Below are positions 17,252-26,903 of a DNA stretch of 64,000 nucleotides, in pieces. The stretch is from positions 3,117-67,116 of the forward strand of contig WQVG01000003.1 in assembly GCA_009781675.1 (NCBI GenBank). Reading direction: 5' to 3'. The notes under the pieces were generated by a model. The model searched no databases, was not told the DNA's origin, and saw only the letters and a list, made by a program, of their open reading frames with translations. Source of the DNA: Candidatus Bathycorpusculum acetigenes. Its GTDB lineage: Archaea > Thermoproteota > Bathyarchaeia > Bathyarchaeales > Bathycorpusculaceae. A program made the translations under genes and the position numbers. How positions within the stretch are numbered: position 1 is the stretch's first letter; each line of letters opens with the position of its first letter.

Positions 17252-19036
17252 TTGATTGTAATGCGTAGAATTGTATTGCCCGCAATTCTTTTAGTCGTAC
17301 TTGTAATAGCATCAGCAGGGGGACTTTTAAGTGCGATTTCACCGGGTGTAAAAACGGGTGACTGGCTAGCCTATCATGTCAACGTGTCAGGGTATCCTTC
17401 GGCGGATCATGACCTAAAATCTGCCACCCTAACTGTCACCAGTGTGGAGGGTGACGCTATCCACCTAAGTGTCACATCAGAGTTCAACAACGGCACAGTT
17501 TTCACTGAGCAGATAACGCTCAACCTCGCCGAGGGTGTTTTAGGTGACGCCTTCTTTATTCCCTCCAACCTCAACGTAGGTGATCAGTTCTACGATGTTC
17601 ACCAAGGTAACATAACCATAACAGGTAAACAGACACGACTGGTTGCAGGTGCAGAGCGGTCGGTTGTTTTGAGCTCAACAGATACAACTCGCTATGTTTG
17701 GGACCACAAGACAGGCGCCCTCGTCTACGCAAAAACGACTGGACAAAACTTTACAATAGAAACCAGTATAGATAAAACAAACCTGTGGCCATCTGATATC
17801 TTGAACTTTACACCATCCATATTCTATTCAGTAATAACTGTCGTTGTTATCCTAATTGCTGTCTTGGCAGTTTTCTCTGCCATCTGGATACAACAGAAGA
17901 AACAAAAACTGCTGTTGCTTGCGCTTGAAGCCACCGGCGCCATCTTCACCGCAGTTTTCTTAATCTCCTACTTGGGCGGCATGCTTATGACCCCCTCCAC
18001 CACTGTTCTGCACTCCGAACTTCCCGTCCGCATAACCTTGTTTGTTGTCGGTGCAGCACTACTGACCTTAATTGTGACAAACTCCATTATGGTCCTGCGG
18101 GAAAAAGCCCTCAAAAGTTTCTCTGCGTTAAAAGCAGGTTTGTTTACCGTTGCGGTTGCCTACTTTCTCTTCACCCTCCATTCTCTCTTTACATTGGAGT
18201 GGATAGGCGAATGGGAACGCTTCGGTAGCGGTTCTCTCTCAACAATTATACTTATCCAAGATATCAGCGGAGTTGTAGGAATCCTTGCTCGATTTATAGC
18301 AGGCATAATTGCTCTAACCGTTGCTATACTATATTTCTGCAAACGGTTACCTTCAACCCAAAGGCTCCATAAGGCTCTACGATGGATTTTGGTGCTCGAA
18401 GCAACATATTGGTTTGCCCTCATACCGACAGCCATTACCTTGGCCTATATTGCGGCAGTTTTCTATAGAACGCCTATGGGTTTGCTGAGTAATCTCGCAT
18501 GGACCACTATCCCCGCGTTTGTGGAATCTATAGTGTTGCCATCTGCCTTGGTTATCTTTGCTAAAAAATTAGACTACAAAAAACCCGCTGTCAATGCTAT
18601 TAAATGGGCGTGGATTTCTGGGATCTCATTAATAGTGGTCTTCTGGTTGACTAACATGGGCTCTTGGATGCTCACCGTTGGCACTAAAGGTTTTAGTTAT
18701 CTTATCGGTTATCCCCAGAATCTGTTTAGCTTTCTCATAACTGTGGGTGGTCTTATCGCTTTAGCTCTCTATACTCTTTATTTTACCAAGAAACGTGGTC
18801 TTGCTCTGACATGGCAGACCCTCAATCTGCGGGGGGTAGGTGTCATTATTACTCTGCTGGGTCTCTATTTCCTTTGGAACTATCTTAACTGGATATTTTT
18901 TGGCGGTAACTACATCTGGAGTGACTGGTATGCATGGTCACTTGGACATAACTTGGATTTATGGATGTTGACATTGCCCCTAGTTGGTATACCGTTGATG
19001 CTTTATCGTCCAAGCAAAGAAAGCATCGTTATCTAA
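17252..19036 (+). CDS. Large polytopic membrane protein with an N-terminal extracytoplasmic domain
   Basis: Signal/TM at the N-terminus (likely start ATG 17261), soluble domain of about 170 aa, then about 12 hydrophobic helices. Confidence 0.6.
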   Translation: MIVMRRIVLPAILLVVLVIASAGGLLSAISPGVKTGDWLAYHVNVSGYPSADHDLKSATLTVTSVEGDAIHLSVTSEFNNGTVFTEQITLNLAEGVLGDAFFIPSNLNVGDQFYDVHQGNITITGKQTRLVAGAERSVVLSSTDTTRYVWDHKTGALVYAKTTGQNFTIETSIDKTNLWPSDILNFTPSIFYSVITVVVILIAVLAVFSAIWIQQKKQKLLLLALEATGAIFTAVFLISYLGGMLMTPSTTVLHSELPVRITLFVVGAALLTLIVTNSIMVLREKALKSFSALKAGLFTVAVAYFLFTLHSLFTLEWIGEWERFGSGSLSTIILIQDISGVVGILARFIAGIIALTVAILYFCKRLPSTQRLHKALRWILVLEATYWFALIPTAITLAYIAAVFYRTPMGLLSNLAWTTIPAFVESIVLPSALVIFAKKLDYKKPAVNAIKWAWISGISLIVVFWLTNMGSWMLTVGTKGFSYLIGYPQNLFSFLITVGGLIALALYTLYFTKKRGLALTWQTLNLRGVGVIITLLGLYFLWNYLNWIFFGGNYIWSDWYAWSLGHNLDLWMLTLPLVGIPLMLYRPSKESIVI

Positions 19037-19113
19037 AGGCATAGATTAGCCTATAAAATTAGTTTGCCCTTGAAACTCTTATATACACCAGTTGATAATC
19101 TCTCTTGAGTGTC

Positions 19114-19422
19114 ATGGCTGAAGTTTGTTCAACATGCGGATTACCTAAAGACCTGTGCGTTTGCGGTGAAATAGAGAAAGAGCAGCAACGGATCCGTATA
19201 CGTCTTGAAACCCGAAAATTCGGTAAAGCAACCACGATTATTGATGGGATGGATGACAAAAGTCAAAATCTTCAAAGTGTCGCCCAGAAGCTTAAAACTT
19301 ATTGCGCCTGTGGCGGAACCCACAAAAACGGGCAAATCATGTTACAAGGCGACCATCGCGATCGTGTCAAAGAGTTCCTGATTAAAATCGGATACCCACA
19401 GGAAAACATCGAGCTACAGTAA
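19114..19422 (+). CDS. sui1: Translation initiation factor aIF1 (SUI1)
   Basis: CSTCGLPKDLCVCG zinc knuckle followed by the SUI1 fold (IRIRLETRKFGKATTIIDG...GDHRDRVKEFL). Confidence 0.9.
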   Translation: MAEVCSTCGLPKDLCVCGEIEKEQQRIRIRLETRKFGKATTIIDGMDDKSQNLQSVAQKLKTYCACGGTHKNGQIMLQGDHRDRVKEFLIKIGYPQENIELQ

Positions 19423-19455
19423 GTAACCATAAACCGCTAACATGGTGCACCTCAG

Positions 19456-19695
19456 ATGAATAAAGCAGATAGCATACGCGATTTCTTTAAAAACACAAAA
19501 CATAGAAAACCAACTGCAATTTTCTGCCCCCGCTGCTGTAGTCCAAAAATCCAATTATCCACTAGCTTAGATGTCTGGCTGACTCCTAAACAATACTACT
19601 GTGAAAACTGTGGATACCTAGGCATCTTGGTTATGGAACTTGAAGAAGACGCTGATGATACGGATAAGGAAAAAAAGGAAAGTGCGCTTGATTAA
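19456..19695 (+). CDS. Small zinc-ribbon protein
   Basis: CPRCCS...CENCGY pair and an acidic C-terminus. Confidence 0.45.
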   Translation: MNKADSIRDFFKNTKHRKPTAIFCPRCCSPKIQLSTSLDVWLTPKQYYCENCGYLGILVMELEEDADDTDKEKKESALD

Positions 19696-19706
19696 GATAA
19701 GCGCTC

Positions 19707-20651
19707 TTAATCGGGTAATTCGAGGTTTAGCTGTTTTTTAAGTGTCTTGTAGCGGTTTCGTACGGTAACTTCAGTTACTCCGGCTGCTTCAGCTATGTCT
19801 TTTTGAGTTTTCTTCTCGTTATTTTGGAGACATGCGATGTAGAGAGCGGCCGCTGCTAACCCCATGGGGTCTTTTCCTGCGGCGGCACGTTTACGTCTGG
19901 CTTCCCGAAGAATGTTGATTGCAGCACCTTGGGTTTTGCCGGATATGCCGGTTTTCTCAGCGATTTTAGATACGTATGTCAGAGGATCTGCGATGGGCAT
20001 ATGGACTTCGAGTTCACGGAGCAATAATCTGTAGCATCGGGCAACGTCTTTTTTGTCAACTAAGCTGGCTTCAGCGATTTCGCGCAATGTCCTTGGTGTT
20101 CCGCTTCCGCGGCATGCAGCATACAATGCAGCTGCAGCGATGGCGGCGATGGATCGCCCTCGAACTAAGCCTTTGTCGAGAGCTTTGCGGTAGACAACGG
20201 CAGCCTTTTCTTTGATCGGTGGTGGAATGTAGACTTTATCTGAGAGGCGGTCAAGTTCCGCCATGGCTTGTGCAAGATTGCGGTCGATGGATGAGTGAAC
20301 TCTGCTTCGAATCTGCCACTTCCTAAGACGCCACATCTGGAGTCTTGTTGATAGGGGCAGTTTTCTGCCAAATGCATCGCGGTCCACTTGGCTGATGGCT
20401 GTGGACAAGCCTTTGTCGTGGACGGAGTAAGAGGTGGGTACACCGACGCGGCTTCTGGAAGCTTTCTCTTCCTGAGTGAACGCGCGCCACTCTGGACCTT
20501 TGTCCATCATTTGTTCGTAGAGGACAAGGCCACAGTCACCGCAGACGGTTTCCCCGGTGTCGTAATCGTGAACCAGGTTTGCGCCGCCACACTCGGGGCA
20601 TTTTTCTGCCTGTCGTTGGGTTGTTTTCGGTGCTTCTTTTTTTATGCTCAC
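19707..20651 (-). CDS. tfb: Transcription initiation factor TFB (TFIIB)
   Basis: N-terminal zinc ribbon CPECGG...CGDCG, B-finger region, two cyclin repeats. GTG start. Confidence 0.95.
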   Translation of the reverse strand: MSIKKEAPKTTQRQAEKCPECGGANLVHDYDTGETVCGDCGLVLYEQMMDKGPEWRAFTQEEKASRSRVGVPTSYSVHDKGLSTAISQVDRDAFGRKLPLSTRLQMWRLRKWQIRSRVHSSIDRNLAQAMAELDRLSDKVYIPPPIKEKAAVVYRKALDKGLVRGRSIAAIAAAALYAACRGSGTPRTLREIAEASLVDKKDVARCYRLLLRELEVHMPIADPLTYVSKIAEKTGISGKTQGAAINILREARRKRAAAGKDPMGLAAAALYIACLQNNEKKTQKDIAEAAGVTEVTVRNRYKTLKKQLNLELPD

Positions 20652-21023
20652 TTCTTCTACCTCACTTGGATATGCGTAGAACCGTCACCATAAGGCCAAT
20701 TTGGCTAGAAATAGTACATTCGGCCCGCGCAAACTAAGCAGATGAACTGTTTTAATATTTAAGTTTTGTGGTTTATTAAACCTGTTGCACACGTTCGCCT
20801 CGAAATTCCACAAACCAAAGAAAACGCTCCACGTATAATGATGTAAAAAAATGTAAAACTGAAAACAAAATAAAATCTACCTCTACATAGTTCCATCTTT
20901 ATTAAAACAAGCAATAGGCGCACTTCTAAGTAACACAACTCTCAAGAATCAGCCAAAAGCAAGAATAACACTCTTAAATTTCAATATGCTTATTAAGAAA
21001 AACGTTGACCTTTAACCTCTAAC

Positions 21024-21032
21024 AATAAATAA
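21024..21032 (+). promoter_or_regulatory. Candidate TATA box for tRNA-Gln
   Basis: AATAAATAA centred about 30 nt upstream of tRNA position 1. Confidence 0.35.
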
Positions 21033-21057
21033 CGCCTCACATAATCTGAAACAGCAC

Positions 21058-21133
21058 AGCCCGTTGGTGTAGTGGTCAAGCATTTCGGGCTTTGGACCCG
21101 ACGACGAGAGTTCGAATCTCTCACGGGCTACCA
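21058..21133 (+). tRNA. tRNA-Gln (anticodon UUG), CCA encoded
   Basis: Hand-folded cloverleaf: acceptor AGCCCGT/ACGGGCT, anticodon stem TCGGG/CCCGA, loop CTTTGGA, T arm GAGAG-TTCGAAT-CTCTC. Confidence 0.9.
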
Positions 21134-21305
21134 CCACTTTAACACTAATTTAACTACTAGATAGTGCCCAAAACTGTGAATCCAGGTCGTTATATTCTTC
21201 CTTGTTTGCGGGTTGTCGGAGGCTGAATACCTTTGGCTGACCTTACTGTTTTTTATGGGATAAAGTGATATAGATAAAACCCGAATAATCAAACTGGGTA
21301 ATAAG

Positions 21306-22364
21306 ATGGGTAGCGTAAAGGATCTTCAAGTAATCCAAAAACCTACTATGGCCGCCATGGGTATAGGTCGTTTTCTTTTCAGTGATCGCTACAGCGTATT
21401 TGACTGGGGTGAAATGCCTGACCATATCGATGGCAAAGGTGCCGCTCTGTGTTTGATGGGCGCATACTGTTTTGAGCAATTAGAACTTCTCGGTGTCAAA
21501 ACCCATTATCGCGGCTTAGTTAACGCAGAGGGAAACGTGGTAAAGGTTTCTAATCTCAAAGAACCCACTAACATCATGGAAGTTGCACTCGTTAACATTT
21601 ACAAACCCAAAATCGACGTTGTTGATGGCAGGGTATTGCATGATTACCACACCTATAGTTCAAGCCTTAAAAATTATCTTATCCCTCTTGAAATCATCTA
21701 CCGTAACGGTCTCCCAGAGGGCTCATCAGTGTTTAAGTTGCTTGCTCAGAATAAAGTAACCTTAGCTGACCTCGGCTTAGACCACCAACCAAAGCCCGGC
21801 GAAACCCTCACCAAACCCCTCTTTGGTGTGTCCACAAAGCTAGAGGAAATCGACCGTTACATAACTTGGACCGAGGCACAGAAAATCGCAGGTTTAACCG
21901 AACTCGAACTTGATCGTATCAAAACAGTTTTGCTTAAAGCAGACCAAATTATAACAGACATCGCGGCAAACACAGGCCTCAAAAACGAGGACGGTAAAAT
22001 CGAATTAGCCTTTGATGATCAAAGAGACCTGATGATTGTTGATGTCTTGGGCACCCTAGATGAGTGCCGCTTTAGCTATGATGGGGTGCATGTCAGCAAA
22101 GAAGTTGCCCGCCAATTCTACAAAACCACCCCATGGTGCAACGACCTAGAACAGGCCAAAAAGGACGCTGAAGCCCAAGGAGTACCGAATTGGAAGTCTT
22201 TATGCCGCTCGCAACCGCCCAAACTAGACCCCAAACTTAAAACAATAATCAGCCAAATGTATATGGCCGCCGCTAACGAGATGACAGGCTATCACCTCTT
22301 TAGCTCACCAAAACTTACCCGTGTAATTGAAGCCTACAAAGAGTATATGGGTGAAAAAACATGA
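21306..22364 (+). CDS. purC: SAICAR synthetase (PurC), long form
   Basis: FSDRYSVFDWG motif and overall PurC pattern. Overlaps purP by 4 nt. Confidence 0.8.
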   Translation: MGSVKDLQVIQKPTMAAMGIGRFLFSDRYSVFDWGEMPDHIDGKGAALCLMGAYCFEQLELLGVKTHYRGLVNAEGNVVKVSNLKEPTNIMEVALVNIYKPKIDVVDGRVLHDYHTYSSSLKNYLIPLEIIYRNGLPEGSSVFKLLAQNKVTLADLGLDHQPKPGETLTKPLFGVSTKLEEIDRYITWTEAQKIAGLTELELDRIKTVLLKADQIITDIAANTGLKNEDGKIELAFDDQRDLMIVDVLGTLDECRFSYDGVHVSKEVARQFYKTTPWCNDLEQAKKDAEAQGVPNWKSLCRSQPPKLDPKLKTIISQMYMAAANEMTGYHLFSSPKLTRVIEAYKEYMGEKT

Positions 22365-23461
22365 ACATGCAAGATAAAATTAAACAAGTACTAATGGACT
22401 ACGACCCAAAAAAAATCCGCATCGGCGTCTTGGGTAGCCACTCAGCACTAGAAATCGCCTCAGGCGCAAAACAAGAAGGCTTTGAAACAGTAGTCGTATG
22501 CCAAAACGGCCGAGAGAAAACCTACGCCCGCTACTATCGCAACATCTTTGATAAATTCATCTTCCTAGACAAATTCCAAGACATAACCCAACCTCAAATA
22601 ATAGAAGAACTCCAAGACCTAAACACCGTTTTTGTTCCCAACCGCTCCTTTAGCGTGTACACAGGCTACACGGACATAGAAACAAAATTCACCGTGCCAC
22701 TGATGGGTAACCGATATCTCCTAAAAACTGAAGAACGCACCGCCCCCAAAAATCAACTCTGGCTCCTAAAAGAAGCCGGTATACAAATTCCCCAAGCCTT
22801 CCAATCACCAACAAAAATAGACCGACCCGTAATCATCAAAGTCGCAGAAAAAAACCGAGCCATCGAACGCGCATTTTTCTATGCATCCAACCCCCAAGAA
22901 TACGAACAAGAAGCAGAGAAACGCATCAAAGCGGGAATCATTACTCCTGAAGCACTCAAAGAAGCCGTCATCGAAGAATATGTACTGGGCGCAAAATTTA
23001 ACGCCAACTATTTCTACTCCCCCCTAAACGATGACATCGATCTTTTAGGCTTTGACCGCCGTATCCAAACCGACCTCGATGGAATTCTAGATTTGCCTGC
23101 AAGAGAACAACTTGAACTAAACATAGCCTCACAAAACATCGAAATTGGACACCAAGGCGCCACCATGCGCGAGAGCCAACTCGAAAAAATCTTTGAAGCC
23201 GCCGAACACTGGGTCCAGGTCTGCTACAAAGAGTTCCCCCCCGGTATGATAGGTCTATTTTCCCTACAAGGCGCGGTCACAAAAGACCTGCAATTCCGCG
23301 TATTTGACGTAAGCCCCAGAGTACCAGGATGCCCCTGTGTAGAACCCACTTCACCCTACATGAAATACAAATACGGCGTAGAAGTCGGTCCCGGCAAACG
23401 AGTCGCCATGGAGATCAAGCGGGCGATAAGAAAACACCGCCTCCAAGAAGTGGTAACCTAA
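22361..23461 (+). CDS. purP: 5-formaminoimidazole-4-carboxamide ribonucleotide (FAICAR) synthetase PurP
   Basis: IGVLGSHSALEIASGAKQEGFETV N-terminus and an ATP-grasp body typical of archaeal PurP. Confidence 0.85.
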   Translation: MNMQDKIKQVLMDYDPKKIRIGVLGSHSALEIASGAKQEGFETVVVCQNGREKTYARYYRNIFDKFIFLDKFQDITQPQIIEELQDLNTVFVPNRSFSVYTGYTDIETKFTVPLMGNRYLLKTEERTAPKNQLWLLKEAGIQIPQAFQSPTKIDRPVIIKVAEKNRAIERAFFYASNPQEYEQEAEKRIKAGIITPEALKEAVIEEYVLGAKFNANYFYSPLNDDIDLLGFDRRIQTDLDGILDLPAREQLELNIASQNIEIGHQGATMRESQLEKIFEAAEHWVQVCYKEFPPGMIGLFSLQGAVTKDLQFRVFDVSPRVPGCPCVEPTSPYMKYKYGVEVGPGKRVAMEIKRAIRKHRLQEVVT

Positions 23462-23462
23462 C

Positions 23463-24548
23463 ATGATCGATTGCACAGCCATCGGAAAAATCATAGAAAA
23501 ATACGACCCAACAAAACTCGCCATCGGCACCCTAGGCTCTCACAGCTCACTAAACATCTTCAAAGGCGCCAAAGAAGAAGGCTTCCGCACAGTATGTATC
23601 TGCAAAGAAAAAGACGCCATCATCTACCAAAAATATCCCATAGTCGATGAATTAATCACCGTAAAAGACTTCAGCGAACTACTCAACCCCAACCTACAAG
23701 AACGCCTCCGAAAACTAAACGTCATTTTGATTCCACACGGCTCTTTTACCGCATACCTTAGCACCGAACAGCTAACTAATAACTTAGAGGTACCCCTTAT
23801 GGGAAACCGCCGCCTACTCAACTGGGAAACCAACCGCAAAAGCCAAGAAATCTGGCTAAAACAAGCAGGTCTACGCCTCCCAGCAACCTTCAACTCTCCC
23901 GATGACATCGACCGACTCACCATCGCCAAACTACAAGGCGCAAAAGGCGGCCGAGGATACTTTCTTGCAAACTCCCCAACCGGCTTCTATAAAAAAGCCA
24001 ACGAAATGATAAACCGCGGCTTACTAACAAAAGAAGACCTCGAACATGTCCACCTCCAAGAATATGCCCTAGGCGTCAACGTATACCCAAGCTACTTCAG
24101 CAGCATCCTAAACAACGACGTAGAACTCCTAGCCATGGACCGACGCTACGAATCAGCGGTTGACAGCATCGGCAAAATCCCCGCACAAGAACAACTCGAA
24201 ATCAACATCGCCCCAACCTACACAGTCGTCGGAAACTTTCCCATAGTACTCCGAGAATCCCTATTACCCGAAATATTGCAAATGGGTGAAAATGTCCACA
24301 AAAAAGCCGCAGAAATCGCACCACCCGGCATCATCGGGCCTTTCTGTCTCGAAACAGTTATCACCGATGACCTCAAAATATACACCTTTGAAATCAGCGC
24401 CCGCATCGTAGCCGGAACAAACGTCGGCATCGGAACCTCACCCTACGCCTATCTACGCTACGGCGAAAACATGTACATGGGAAGACGCATAGCACTAGAA
24501 CTAAAAGAAGCAACAAAACAAAAACGTCTCCACGAAATAGTCGGCTAA
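23463..24548 (+). CDS. purP: PurP paralog (second tandem copy)
   Basis: IGTLGSHSSLNIFKGAKEEGFRTV. Colinear with the upstream copy over its full length. Confidence 0.85.
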   Translation: MIDCTAIGKIIEKYDPTKLAIGTLGSHSSLNIFKGAKEEGFRTVCICKEKDAIIYQKYPIVDELITVKDFSELLNPNLQERLRKLNVILIPHGSFTAYLSTEQLTNNLEVPLMGNRRLLNWETNRKSQEIWLKQAGLRLPATFNSPDDIDRLTIAKLQGAKGGRGYFLANSPTGFYKKANEMINRGLLTKEDLEHVHLQEYALGVNVYPSYFSSILNNDVELLAMDRRYESAVDSIGKIPAQEQLEINIAPTYTVVGNFPIVLRESLLPEILQMGENVHKKAAEIAPPGIIGPFCLETVITDDLKIYTFEISARIVAGTNVGIGTSPYAYLRYGENMYMGRRIALELKEATKQKRLHEIVG

Positions 24549-24853
24549 CATACCTATTCACTCCTTCTTTTTGCTCTCTTTGTCATGGTTTTTTCCAAAT
24601 AACCTCATTACCCCAAACAAGCCTTTTTTGCTTATCTGCCCTTCAAAATCTGCTGTTCTCTCCAAATATATACTTGCACAAAAAACATTAAATTCTGGGC
24701 TTTCCTGCCCAAGACATGCCCTCTATTAGTTGGTTGCTTGTGAAAATAACCAAACGATTCTGCCAACACGGATAGTGTCCTTTTCAAATAAACCTGCAGA
24801 TGGAAACTAAAGTATTAGCGCTTATAAATTCAGCAATCAGGGCAATAGTTGGT

Positions 24854-24927
24854 GTTCCGCTTTGGAACAAAGCCGTTCCGTAAACAAAGCTAATAGTCGC
24901 TAGTCTAAATATATGCTAGGGGAAAGT
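24854..24927 (+). promoter_or_regulatory. Conserved upstream element: GTTCC-N5-GGAAC palindrome, third GTTCC half-site, AGCTAATAGT TATA-like box and an AGGGGAAA SD-like leader
   Basis: 43 of 48 nt identical, in the same gene-relative orientation, to 54116-54163 upstream of the secreted-protein gene at 52993-54087. Confidence 0.6.
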
Positions 24928-26580
24928 ATGAAAAGGTTATCTAAAATCATCGTATGTTCAATATTAATGCTAACGTTTCTCTCAGTTGCCATTGTAGCGA
25001 ATGTATCGTTAGCTGAAACTAATGCTGATAATGCGTCATTTTATGTTGGTGTGACCTATGGTGGAGCTACCGTTGAGGGTGCAAAGCTTCTAATAGATAA
25101 AGTCAAAGACTGTACCAACCTCTTTATCCTCTCCTCAGGAGAACTGGTATACAACACTACAGCCGTAGAAGAAATCGGTGACTATGCAATCGTCTCTGGG
25201 CTTAACTTTGCAACATCCTTTGGTCCATACTTCTACAATGTTCCTCAAGGGTGGATTGATACTGCAAAGCAACGCTGGAGTAGCCATTTTCTAGGGATAT
25301 ATTTCTATGATGAGCCCGGCGGAAAAATGCTCGATGATAATGTATGGCTACCCGATGAAGGTCGCAATACATCTATGTCTATAACAAAGCGAGATACTGG
25401 TAGCATTAGTGTATATGAAAGCTTCGAGTATGGCGGCATTACGACTGATTATTATTCTAATGGTACCGTAAAAGTAATTTCCCATGACCTAGATAAATCC
25501 AAGACGGGTTTTTTATCTGTTAATTATTTGGGCGGGTCATCCAAAATTATACCAAATGTTCCTTGGCAAGAAGTAAAATTCACAGAGTACCCAAACGGAA
25601 CCACTTCTCATTTTTATCCATACTGGTTCTCTATCGATATAACGTATTATCCTGATGGGGATATCACTGTTTGGGAGCATTTAGATGAGGAGGGTCAAGA
25701 AGGTATGTTCTATACGGCGGTGAATGGTAGTGCACGTATTGCTGAGGTGGAACCTTTGAGCGCAGTTTTGGATAGAAACCCAATTAAGACCTATTATAAG
25801 GCCGCTCAAGTGTTTGAAAATGAACTCACAAGACGTTTTCAACCCTTAGACAACATTTCAATACCTTTGTTTACTTCTGATTATGGGCTGTATTGGTGGG
25901 ATTTCCGAAGTGGCTACGACATGGTCCTTGCCCAAATAGGTTGGAACAACACCATCGAGCAAGAAATCGCCCTAGTCAGAGGCGCCGCAAACCTCCAAGA
26001 TAAAGACTGGGGTACCATTATTACTTGGAAATACACTCATGCACCCTTTCTCACCGATGGTCAGGAGATGTTTGAACAAATGAAAATCTCCTACGAAGCA
26101 GGAGCAGAATATGTCCTAGTTTTTAACTACTCTGAAGACTTCAAAAATCCAAATACTCTCCAAGAGGAGCACTACCAAGCACTGGAACGTTTCTGGGTTG
26201 AGGTAGTTCAAAACCCCGACGTCACCCATGGTAGAATAAAAGCCGAAGCCGTATTCGTATTACCCCAAAACTATGGCTGGGGCATGCGCAACCCAACCGA
26301 CCGCATCTGGGGTATATGGGACGCAGACAATACCTCTCAACAAATCTGGAACCAAGTACAAACTCAACTAGACCAGTACGGTTTAAAACTTGACATAGTC
26401 TACGATGATCCTGACTACCCAGTAGCAGGTCGATACAACAACATCCACTATGTAAACCCACCTTTTCCTTATGTATTGCTAATAACGGCCATTTTACTTC
26501 CTACAACCGCTGGAACTCTACTGATCTACTTTAAACGACGAAAAAACCAAACAGCGAGACCAGTTACTCCTGTATTGTAG
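24928..26580 (+). CDS. Secreted protein with signal peptide and C-terminal TM anchor (function unknown)
   Basis: Start placed at ATG 24928 (MKRLSKIIVCSILML...), because spacing to the conserved upstream element then matches the 54087 gene. C-terminal hydrophobic helix plus KRRK. Confidence 0.6.
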   Translation: MKRLSKIIVCSILMLTFLSVAIVANVSLAETNADNASFYVGVTYGGATVEGAKLLIDKVKDCTNLFILSSGELVYNTTAVEEIGDYAIVSGLNFATSFGPYFYNVPQGWIDTAKQRWSSHFLGIYFYDEPGGKMLDDNVWLPDEGRNTSMSITKRDTGSISVYESFEYGGITTDYYSNGTVKVISHDLDKSKTGFLSVNYLGGSSKIIPNVPWQEVKFTEYPNGTTSHFYPYWFSIDITYYPDGDITVWEHLDEEGQEGMFYTAVNGSARIAEVEPLSAVLDRNPIKTYYKAAQVFENELTRRFQPLDNISIPLFTSDYGLYWWDFRSGYDMVLAQIGWNNTIEQEIALVRGAANLQDKDWGTIITWKYTHAPFLTDGQEMFEQMKISYEAGAEYVLVFNYSEDFKNPNTLQEEHYQALERFWVEVVQNPDVTHGRIKAEAVFVLPQNYGWGMRNPTDRIWGIWDADNTSQQIWNQVQTQLDQYGLKLDIVYDDPDYPVAGRYNNIHYVNPPFPYVLLITAILLPTTAGTLLIYFKRRKNQTARPVTPVL

Positions 26581-26619
26581 ACTGAATAAATTTCCATTTT
26601 TTGATATTTTTACCTATTT

Positions 26620-26876
26620 AACGCTATAACTGTTAGAACGCTATTCGGCGACTATGCAATGTTGCCGGTCTCAACTTTACACCATACTTTGGTACCTCTA
26701 GCAGGGGGCATGCCCAGCCCTCAAGACACAATCTGGGGGTGTATATGGTCAGCAAACAATACGTCCCAACAAATCTGAAACCAAGTATAAACCCGACTGG
26801 ATCAATATGGGCAAAACTTGACATAGTCTATGATGATTCCGACTACCCAGTAGCAGGTCGATACAATAACATCTAC
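26620..26876 (+). pseudogene. Decayed tandem paralog of the 24928-26580 gene (5' fragment, with an internal deletion of about 1 kb)
   Basis: 26620-26700 aligns to about 25150-25240 and 26700-26876 aligns to about 26270-26455 of the intact gene. No long open frame. Confidence 0.7.
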
Positions 26877-26903
26877 TATATAGCAACTTAAATTGACATT
26901 GTC
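26877..26903. repeat. IS left terminal inverted repeat
   Basis: tatatagcaacttaaattgacattgtc matches the reverse complement of 27863-27889. Confidence 0.8.

Noticed and set aside
21134-21305. Purine- or ZTP-type riboswitch upstream of purC
   Set aside because: No match by eye to the conserved cores of either class (no CCGCCTGG pseudoknot segment, no purine-riboswitch junction). Such riboswitches are also not expected in archaea.
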